IMG/VR virus record: IMGVR_UViG_3300000117_000020
Location: 52,855 to 72,854 of that record
DNA length: 20,000 nt
Direction: 5' to 3' (one strand)
Origin: an uncultured virus (IMG/VR IMGVR_UViG_3300000117_000020)
Taxonomy: Duplodnaviria; Heunggongvirae; Uroviricota; Caudoviricetes; Crassvirales
Positions 1 to 6,455 of this stretch are shown in pieces. The translations under genes and the position numbers were made by a program. The notes beneath the pieces are model-generated. The model did not search any database. It had not been told where the DNA came from and saw only the letters and a list, made by a program, of their open reading frames with translations. Each line of letters opens with the position of its first letter. Within the stretch, counting starts at the first letter, position 1.

Positions 1-2
1 TA

Positions 3-554
3 GGAGCGGTGGTTAGAGCTCATCCTGCTTATGGCTTTGTACCTATTAGGGACTTTTGGGTACCTGGCGAGTCATCCTTTCAACAATTAGCAGAGGACTT
101 TGGATATGCTCCAGAACAATGGATTCAAGGATTTTATGTTAATAATAACTGGTATGATGTATCAGAAGGTGATTCTACTCTTGTAGCAACAAGTAATGAT
201 GAGTTCTTTAACCACTACTTTGGAAGTGCAGTTGCACGTTTTAATGAAAGAGAATTAGATAAATTAGGAATACAAAAAGAATTAAGTGCAGTAATAGGAA
301 TTGCATATTACAAATATACACCTAAGTTTTGGTTACATGCTTGGGTTAATTGTTTACCGTATCATTATGGCTTAGATGATTACTCTTTTGAGTACGGTAC
401 ACAAGATCTAGATTGGTTAGAATGGGATGCAGGAATAGTATTTGGACAAAGGATAACAAAAAATTTAGGATTATTTATAGAGGGGACACATATGAAGTAC
501 TGGGAAAAACCAGTATATGAAGTAAAATTTGGGTTTAACTATTTATTCTTTTAA
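3..554 (+). CDS. Putative outer-membrane beta-barrel protein, C-terminal part (5' truncated by window edge)
   Basis: The frame is open from position 3 (GGA GCG GTG...), so the GTG at 9 is probably internal. It has aromatic-rich amphipathic strands (GIAYYKY, FWLHAWVN, WDAGIVFG, LGLFIEGT) and a beta-signal-like end YEVKFGFNYLFF with terminal Phe. Confidence 0.65.
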   Translation, partial: GAVVRAHPAYGFVPIRDFWVPGESSFQQLAEDFGYAPEQWIQGFYVNNNWYDVSEGDSTLVATSNDEFFNHYFGSAVARFNERELDKLGIQKELSAVIGIAYYKYTPKFWLHAWVNCLPYHYGLDDYSFEYGTQDLDWLEWDAGIVFGQRITKNLGLFIEGTHMKYWEKPVYEVKFGFNYLFF

Positions 555-556
555 TT

Positions 557-1276
557 ATGAAAAAATTATTTATAATACTATTTGCGTTTATTGGCTCGTT
601 TGCTAATGCGCAAGATTACGATTTTCAGCAGTTATGTTTAAACTGTGCAGAGCAACAAGGTTATTATTGCGGAGATGATCCAGCAAACTGGACACAATAC
701 TCACCTGATGGGTGTGTACCTAACGGTCCAGATCTATTTTATCTTAATGATGGATGGGAAGATTGTGTTGATGGATCTGATGAAGCAGAAGCTGTACCAA
801 CAACTATAGAAAGTTGTGGACCAATTGGACCACCACCTTGTGATACGGTTTACGTAGATATTCCTGTAATAGAATATATATACGAAACAATATTTGATAC
901 TATAGTTAATACAGAATATGTATACAACATTGTAATAGACACTGTAGAAGTAGAAGTGTTTGTTCCAGAATACATTTATATAACAGACACAGTAACCATT
1001 TACGAAGACATCTTAGATACTCTTTTTGTAGATGTTATTGAATATGTTGACGTATTTATTTACGATACAATTGTAGAAATAGAATATGTAGAGTTTATAG
1101 AATATGTTACAGAATACATAGATTGTGATACAGGGCAACCTTGTAACTCGTCTATAGATGAATTAATAAATAAATCTAAATCCAACAATATACTATATAA
1201 TTTAAACGGACAGGCTATAAAAGAGCGTGAAGGTTTATATATAGAAGATGGTAAAATTAAATATAAATTAAATTAA
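557..1276 (+). CDS. Secreted protein with LDL-receptor class A-like module, DT/EY-repeat stalk and T9SS-like C-terminal domain
   Basis: Signal peptide MKKLFIILFAFIGSFANA|Q; motif YC...GCVP...NDGWEDCVDGSDE; repeated DT(V/I/L)...EY tract; C-terminus LYNLNGQAIKEREGLYIEDGKIKYKLN. Confidence 0.7.
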   Translation: MKKLFIILFAFIGSFANAQDYDFQQLCLNCAEQQGYYCGDDPANWTQYSPDGCVPNGPDLFYLNDGWEDCVDGSDEAEAVPTTIESCGPIGPPPCDTVYVDIPVIEYIYETIFDTIVNTEYVYNIVIDTVEVEVFVPEYIYITDTVTIYEDILDTLFVDVIEYVDVFIYDTIVEIEYVEFIEYVTEYIDCDTGQPCNSSIDELINKSKSNNILYNLNGQAIKEREGLYIEDGKIKYKLN

Positions 1277-1600
1277 AATATATATATTATGGCAAATAAA
1301 ACAAATGACGGAAAAAAGAAAGGTTTGGTAGACAAAATTAAAAGCACTAAAGTAGGCAAGTTTGTGTTTGATACATCATTACCTGGAATGACTTATAATG
1401 TTATTCAAAAAAATAAAAAGAAAAAGGCAGATGCAGCAGCTGCAAAAGCAGGTAAAGCAGCAGCAGTCAATGCTAAAAAAGCAAGAGATAAAAAATATGG
1501 AGAGTATGAACCTCAAACACAAAAGAAACGAAAAGGAGGAGCTAGTGGTGGTTCTTACAGTTACCAAGATTTTTTAGATCTTTAAAATATATATATTATG
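1273..1600 (+). repeat. 19-bp exact direct repeat TTAAAATATATATATTATG at 1273-1291 and 1582-1600 (stop + spacer + start of two paralogs)
   Basis: Read directly; identical in both copies. Confidence 0.95.
1289..1585 (+). CDS. Small Lys/Ala-rich basic protein, paralog 1 (C-terminal YSYQDFLDL)
   Basis: 98-aa ORF that fills the operon and shares Y(E/Q)PQTQKK..GG..YSYQDFLDL with the next gene. Confidence 0.8.
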   Translation: MANKTNDGKKKGLVDKIKSTKVGKFVFDTSLPGMTYNVIQKNKKKKADAAAAKAGKAAAVNAKKARDKKYGEYEPQTQKKRKGGASGGSYSYQDFLDL

Positions 1601-1812
1601 CCAGATAAAAAAAAGAAAGGAAACGGAGGAGATAAAACAAAGGCAGGACATTATTCAAAAAAGTTTGTACCTGCTATGAAAAAAATTATTACTCAAGCAG
1701 AGAAACAAAAAGAGTCCGAAACAACAAGAAAAGGAAAAAGAATGTTAGATTATCAACCTCAAACACAAAAGAAAAAAAATGGAGGGTATTCTTATCAAGA
1801 TTTTTTAGATCT
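1509..1812 (+). repeat. Exact repeats between the paralog 3' ends: AACCTCAAACACAAAAGAAA (1509-1528, 1755-1774) and CAAGATTTTTTAGATCT (1565-1581, 1796-1812)
   Basis: Read directly (20 bp and 17 bp). Confidence 0.95.
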
Positions 1813-1816
1813 ATAA
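1598..1816 (+). CDS. Small Lys-rich basic protein, paralog 2 (C-terminal YSYQDFLDL)
   Basis: 72-aa ORF with the same upstream 19-mer and the same C-terminal motif as 1289..1585. Confidence 0.8.
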   Translation: MPDKKKKGNGGDKTKAGHYSKKFVPAMKKIITQAEKQKESETTRKGKRMLDYQPQTQKKKNGGYSYQDFLDL

Positions 1817-1817
1817 T

Positions 1818-2162
1818 ATGGCAAGAGCTGTTACCATATCAACTAGACCTTTAGAGTCTAAAACATTGTATACATATACTGTTACAAAAGATAATTTAAC
1901 AGCTATGTCTAAAAAATTAGGCACTCTTATTAGAACACATAAAAACAGTAGATTGTCTGATGAGTGCCTTGCTAATGAATTGCTTCAAATATTAAGTAAA
2001 GCAGAAGATTTAGTAAATGGAGGAGATGATAGAAAAAACTTTGGAAACTGTAAATGTACCCATCCTCCTAGTATGGGATTTTGTGTAGAAGGAATATGTG
2101 TAATGGCAAACTTTAATTTTAGTAAACTAGAAGGTAGTATAACATTAACAATAAATTTTTAA
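1818..2162 (+). CDS. Hypothetical protein with Cys-rich C-terminal segment after an NGG motif
   Basis: 114-aa ORF tightly packed between neighbours; contains CKC...FCVEGIC. Confidence 0.7.
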   Translation: MARAVTISTRPLESKTLYTYTVTKDNLTAMSKKLGTLIRTHKNSRLSDECLANELLQILSKAEDLVNGGDDRKNFGNCKCTHPPSMGFCVEGICVMANFNFSKLEGSITLTINF

Positions 2163-2163
2163 C

Positions 2164-2376
2164 ATGAATATATTTAAAGACAACAATGATTGGAATGAAA
2201 AAGCAATAGTAGGTTTTATTGCTTTTGTAATAATGTGTATTATAATGATGGCTGATCTAATAACAGGATGGGCAGGTTATGATCTTGTAATTAATAAATT
2301 TGTATATGATTCATTTGTATGGGTTGTATTAGGATGTTTTGGGATAAGCGGCGTAGAAAAATTTGCAAAAAAATAA
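2164..2376 (+). CDS. Small two-TM membrane protein (holin-like)
   Basis: Two hydrophobic stretches (AIVGFIAFVIMCIIMMADLI, FVWVVLGCFGISGV) and a basic end EKFAKK. Confidence 0.6.
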   Translation: MNIFKDNNDWNEKAIVGFIAFVIMCIIMMADLITGWAGYDLVINKFVYDSFVWVVLGCFGISGVEKFAKK

Positions 2377-2377
2377 T

Positions 2378-3337
2378 ATGACTAAACCAGGTAGATATAT
2401 TGGCATGTATAATATAGCTTCTGCTGACACTCGTTCAACAGGGCAATATTTAAAATGGGATGGATCTAAACCTGTTTGGGATACTGTTGATGTAGGAGAC
2501 TCATTATCTTTTAGTGGGTCTACATCTAGTGGAGTTTTAACATATGGAGGCGCAAGTCAAATAGATGTTGAATCTGTAGCTCTTGCAAGTGGAACTTTTG
2601 CAAACGTGGTTGGAGTTCATAATTTAGGAGGAGATATGAGTATAGTTTCTGGCGGGGTATTATCTCTTTTTGCTAGTCCAGTAAAAATTACTAGTAGTGA
2701 ATTAGAGATACCTGGTTCTAGTGCTTCAGCAGGTCTTATAAAATTATATGAAGATACTGATAATGGTACTAATAAAGTATCTTTTGTTGGTCCAGCATCT
2801 TGTAGTGATCAAACAATAACGTTACCTGATGCAAGTGGAGAGGTAGCGTTAAAAGATGGTAAACAATATCAAGTTTTTCCTTGTAACTTTATAGATGATT
2901 TAAATACAAGTCAAGTATTTTTACCTATACACGGTACAACTTTTGAACAATCAACAGTTTATCAAGATGATGTAGCTATAGTAGCACCTTGTGACGGTAG
3001 AGTAGTATCATTAGCACTTAGTTGTATGTCTATATCAGGAAGTGGAGATTTTACTGTTAAAATTTATACTAGAGGACCAAATAACTCTGGAACTAGTTTA
3101 GCTAATTGGACAGAAGAAGAATCTGAAGTTCTTGCATTTACTGGTACTGATGATAGTCATGTTTTTCATTTTGCTTTTAGTAATGCTAAACATTTTGAAA
3201 GTACAGAAAAATTTGTAGTAGCAATACAAGCTAGTGCAGACCCTGGAGCAAATACATATTGGTATGGAACAGTAGTAGTAGAATGGGATTATAGTACCTT
3301 ATTAGGAACCAGTGCAGAATTTGATGCAGCACCTTAA
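2378..3337 (+). CDS. Putative tail/head fibre-like virion protein
   Basis: Gly/Ser/Thr-rich N-half with fibre-like motifs (GQYLKWDGSKPVW; IKLYEDTDNGTNKV...TITLPDASG) and a beta-rich C-terminal domain. Start moved to the ATG at 2378, one base after the upstream TAA, instead of the track's TTG at 2363. Confidence 0.55.
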   Translation: MTKPGRYIGMYNIASADTRSTGQYLKWDGSKPVWDTVDVGDSLSFSGSTSSGVLTYGGASQIDVESVALASGTFANVVGVHNLGGDMSIVSGGVLSLFASPVKITSSELEIPGSSASAGLIKLYEDTDNGTNKVSFVGPASCSDQTITLPDASGEVALKDGKQYQVFPCNFIDDLNTSQVFLPIHGTTFEQSTVYQDDVAIVAPCDGRVVSLALSCMSISGSGDFTVKIYTRGPNNSGTSLANWTEEESEVLAFTGTDDSHVFHFAFSNAKHFESTEKFVVAIQASADPGANTYWYGTVVVEWDYSTLLGTSAEFDAAP

Positions 3338-3346
3338 ATAAATAAA

Positions 3347-3739
3347 ATGCCTGATATAAAAGAAGATATAATAAAAAGTTTAAGTGGAACAGATGAGGTA
3401 TTGTTGTATGACCCATTAGTAATAATAAATGATGGAGAACAGACAGATCCTCCAGAGAGTTATTACAATCGTCCAGAGTATTTATCTTTGGACAGACTAT
3501 TTATTTGTAATACAGATAATACAGATATAACTGTACTGCTGTATTTAAAAGATAGTAGCGATGTTACAACACATTTGTTACGAGGTACTTTAATTCCTGT
3601 TTCTTGTACTTTAGATTTTAACAACGGTATTCCTTTTAAATTTGATAGTGATATGAAACTATGTATAAAATTAGGAGATGCTGGCTTTGTAGCAGATGTA
3701 TCTGGAATGATAACTGGAACAATGAATTATAATAATTAA
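3347..3739 (+). CDS. Hypothetical small beta-sandwich protein, probably virion-associated
   Basis: The pattern LFICNTD..DITVLLYL...LLRGTLIP...TLD...D.KL resembles small all-beta phage fibre/decoration proteins (by eye). Confidence 0.5.
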   Translation: MPDIKEDIIKSLSGTDEVLLYDPLVIINDGEQTDPPESYYNRPEYLSLDRLFICNTDNTDITVLLYLKDSSDVTTHLLRGTLIPVSCTLDFNNGIPFKFDSDMKLCIKLGDAGFVADVSGMITGTMNYNN

Positions 3740-3744
3740 AAAAA

Positions 3745-4089
3745 ATGGCAAAAGAATTATCAGAAGATAGTAAATTTCAAATAAGTGTAAAAACTTTAAT
3801 AGGGATTGTAGTTGGTGTAGCTACTGTAATCTCTGCATACTTTGGTTTAATGGCTAGCATTAACTCTAAATTTGTTGAACTTGAAATTAAAGTTCAAGAA
3901 GCATTAGAAAAGCCTATACCAGGAACAGGAACCTATACAATAGATATGGGAGATCCTGCAGCTACAAATACTTGGCCCCCTACAAGAATGGAGTTTAATA
4001 TGAAAGATCAAATGGCTCGTAATAAAATTGACAGGGTTCAAGAAGACTTAGATGAATTAAAAGAAGAATTTAAATCCCTTAAAAAATGA
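3745..4089 (+). CDS. Single-TM membrane protein with C-terminal coiled coil
   Basis: Hydrophobic helix LIGIVVGVATVISAYFGLMA and heptad-like tail IDRVQEDLDELKEEFKSL; ATGA overlap with the next gene. Confidence 0.75.
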   Translation: MAKELSEDSKFQISVKTLIGIVVGVATVISAYFGLMASINSKFVELEIKVQEALEKPIPGTGTYTIDMGDPAATNTWPPTRMEFNMKDQMARNKIDRVQEDLDELKEEFKSLKK

Positions 4090-4469
4090 AAAAACTTAAA
4101 GTACTTATATCGTTTTTATTTCTAACCTTTTTCTCGTACGCGCAAGGACAATCTTTTCTTGGTACAAATGATTTTGAAAAAGAAACAAGCAGAGGTATTA
4201 TAGTTGTAGAGTTTTGGGCAAGTTGGAATAATGTAAATGAAGTTAAATGGTTAGACAATTTAAAAGAGTGTGAGGTATATAGAGTTGACATAGGTCAACA
4301 TATGGATCTACAAACTGAATTTGAAATTACAGCAGTTCCAACAATTATCATATTTAACAATGGTAATGTAGAAGAAACTTTTACAGCAAATATAATGTTT
4401 CAATTAGAAGCAGATAAAAAGGATGTCCAAAGTAAAGTGGACGAAATAATATTAAAACAATTTAATTAA
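4086..4469 (+). CDS. Exported thioredoxin-fold protein lacking CxxC
   Basis: Signal peptide ...FFSYA|Q. Thioredoxin motifs IVVEFWASW, VYRVDI, FEITAVPTIIIFNNG are present, but the active-site position reads W-NNVN. Confidence 0.8.
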   Translation: MKKLKVLISFLFLTFFSYAQGQSFLGTNDFEKETSRGIIVVEFWASWNNVNEVKWLDNLKECEVYRVDIGQHMDLQTEFEITAVPTIIIFNNGNVEETFTANIMFQLEADKKDVQSKVDEIILKQFN

Positions 4470-4882
4470 AATAATATGGCAACATTAAATGTAAAACTTA
4501 ACCTAGATACTAAAGATTTATTTTCTGACGAATTAAACTTTAGTGTAGCAGATACTTTATCTGTACTAGGTAAGTCAGTAAGAAAAACAGTAGCAACTTC
4601 AACTGCTTCTGCGTCAGTTTTAGCAGCAGCAGATTATACAACTGCATATGTATTTTTATACAATAAAAGTACTACAGCTGCAGAAATTATAACAATAGAA
4701 AAAGCAGACTCAGGTGATGAATATATGTTTTTAGGAGCAGGAGAATTTGCATTCTTTCCTTGGACATCTACAGTAGATCTATTTGCAGACGCTGCAGAAG
4801 GAACTCCTGTATTAGAAATAATTGTATTTCAAGCTGCAGCTTAATAAAATAATAATAATAATAATAAAATAATATGGCAACA
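4467..4882 (+). repeat. 18-bp exact direct repeat TAAAATAATATGGCAACA at 4467-4484 and 4865-4882, with an (AAT)6 tract at 4848-4865
   Basis: Read directly; spans the starts of two paralogous genes. Confidence 0.9.
4476..4844 (+). CDS. Small beta-rich protein, tandem paralog A (possible head decoration/fibre)
   Basis: MATL..KL.L...SD.....D.L.V, YV(F/Y)L.N and L..GEF..F are shared with 4874..5239. Confidence 0.65.
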   Translation: MATLNVKLNLDTKDLFSDELNFSVADTLSVLGKSVRKTVATSTASASVLAAADYTTAYVFLYNKSTTAAEIITIEKADSGDEYMFLGAGEFAFFPWTSTVDLFADAAEGTPVLEIIVFQAAA

Positions 4883-5239
4883 CTAATTAATAAGTTAACA
4901 CTTACTAGTAACGATGCAGTATCTGATGCAATAAATATTACATTGTCAGACATTTTAACAGTTACAGATCCTATAGAAATGGGCAAAAGAAATGTTACTA
5001 CAGCAGTAGCTGGAGGCGGAGAATTTGTACCAGCGTCTGATTCAAATACATATTATGTGTATTTAAAAAATTTAGATGCTACTAATTTTGTTTATGTGCA
5101 AGATGCAGCAGCAGCAACTTTTGGAAAATTACATCCAGGAGAATTTATGTGGTTTACATTAGCACCATCTGAAGGAATGGAGTTAAGAGCTGATACAGAT
5201 ACTGTAAAAGTACAATATGGTTTATTTAAGAAAGGATAA
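4874..5239 (+). CDS. Small beta-rich protein, tandem paralog B (possible head decoration/fibre)
   Basis: Near-identical length (121 vs 122 aa) and shared motifs with 4476..4844. Confidence 0.65.
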   Translation: MATLINKLTLTSNDAVSDAINITLSDILTVTDPIEMGKRNVTTAVAGGGEFVPASDSNTYYVYLKNLDATNFVYVQDAAAATFGKLHPGEFMWFTLAPSEGMELRADTDTVKVQYGLFKKG

Positions 5240-5249
5240 TAATTAAAGC

Positions 5250-5858
5250 ATGAAATTAACTAGAGAAATTATAGAAAAGGCTGTTAAAGCAAAAAACTTT
5301 TCTTGGTTTGAAAAAGGAAACTACAACCTTAACATTGTAGGAATTAGAAACTCTGATACAGGTACAGAAGTTACAAATAAATTTGATGACAAAATTACCT
5401 TAGCATTTAAATGCGATGGTGATTGGGAATTCTATGTTTATAATTGTACTACAGATCCAGGAAGATATTGGGTAGAAAATATTATGAGAAAAGAAGGAGT
5501 GGCTGTCTTAAAAGAAGGTCAATATCCAGGATCTCATAAAATTAGATTACACCAAGGTAGGTACGAAGCATTAGGTCAAACAAAACCTGTAACTGTATAT
5601 AGAGACGCTAATAAAGATAATAAGTATGATCTAGATGATAATAATACACAAACAGGATTGTTTGGTATTAATATACATAGAGCTACAAAATGGGGAGGCA
5701 AGAAATCTACGCAGGTAGACAAGTGGAGTGCAGGATGTCAAGTAATAGCTGCTAATGATGATTGGCATGAGTTTATGGATATATGTAGAATAGCAAGAGA
5801 CACTTGGGGAAATAGCTTTACTTATACGTTATTAGACAGTAAAGATCTAAATATATAA
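5250..5858 (+). CDS. Putative endolysin with YkuD/L,D-transpeptidase-like His...SxGC motif
   Basis: GINIH (His codon 5676), then 16 residues, then SAGC (Cys codon 5736). No signal peptide; directly upstream of a holin. Confidence 0.65.
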   Translation: MKLTREIIEKAVKAKNFSWFEKGNYNLNIVGIRNSDTGTEVTNKFDDKITLAFKCDGDWEFYVYNCTTDPGRYWVENIMRKEGVAVLKEGQYPGSHKIRLHQGRYEALGQTKPVTVYRDANKDNKYDLDDNNTQTGLFGINIHRATKWGGKKSTQVDKWSAGCQVIAANDDWHEFMDICRIARDTWGNSFTYTLLDSKDLNI

Positions 5859-5860
5859 AT

Positions 5861-6235
5861 ATGATTAAAGGACTTTTAAAATCTTTAGTAGGTGACGCTA
5901 GTCAAATTATTGATGATGTGGTTACAACTAAAGAAGAAAAAATAGTATTGAAAAATGCTATGAAAAAAATGTTACTAGATTCTGAAGCCGAGTTACAAAA
6001 AAATGTAACAGATCGTTGGAAGGCAGATATGGCTTCTGATTCTTGGCTAAGTAAAAATGTAAGACCATTAGTTCTTATATTTTTGATAGTTTGCACAATG
6101 TTGCTTATCTTTGTAGACGGAGGATTTTTATCCTTTACTGTAGAGGAAAAGTGGACGGATTTATTACAGTTAACACTGATCACTGTAATAGGTGCGTATT
6201 TTGGAGGAAGATCAGTAGAAAAAGTAAAAAAATAA
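5861..6235 (+). CDS. Holin, resembling the GTA_holin_3TM family
   Basis: Signature RWKADMASDSWLSKNVRP, followed by TM helices and GAYFGGRSVEK. Confidence 0.8.
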   Translation: MIKGLLKSLVGDASQIIDDVVTTKEEKIVLKNAMKKMLLDSEAELQKNVTDRWKADMASDSWLSKNVRPLVLIFLIVCTMLLIFVDGGFLSFTVEEKWTDLLQLTLITVIGAYFGGRSVEKVKK

Positions 6236-6239
6236 TTAT

Positions 6240-6431
6240 ATGTACGGTAAAAAAACAATGATGAAAAAAGGAGGAAAGAAAAAATTTCCTGACTTAACAG
6301 GCGATGGTAAAGTAACTAGAGCTGACATCTTAAAAGGTAGAGGAGTAATAAAAAAAGACGGAGGTAAATTAGAAGGAAGCGAAAAAAACTTTGCTGATGT
6401 AGTTGCAAGAGCTAAAGCAAGTAAAAAATAA
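6240..6431 (+). CDS. Small basic protein with one EF-hand/dockerin-like loop
   Basis: The loop DLTGDGKVTRAD (6291-6326) fits a DxxxDGxVxxxD pattern; Lys-rich flanks with KKGG and KDGG. Confidence 0.7.
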   Translation: MYGKKTMMKKGGKKKFPDLTGDGKVTRADILKGRGVIKKDGGKLEGSEKNFADVVARAKASKK

Positions 6432-6455
6432 ATAAAACCAACCAATTTATATACA

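Noticed and set aside
1..11. TAGGAG before GTG as a ribosome-binding site and start
   Set aside because: The spacing is only 2 nt, the frame is open upstream, and other genes lack SD motifs, so the gene is probably truncated by the window.
1273..1812. CRISPR mini-array or attachment sites from the direct repeats
   Set aside because: There are only two copies of each repeat, they coincide with paralogous gene ends and starts, and there are no regular spacers or integrase.
2363..2377. TTG start given by the ORF track
   Set aside because: It overlaps the upstream gene; the in-frame ATG at 2378 fits the local TAA-N-ATG pattern better.
3745..4469. Canonical two-component spanin pair
   Set aside because: The first gene has i-spanin-like topology, but the second has no lipobox Cys and shows a thioredoxin fold.
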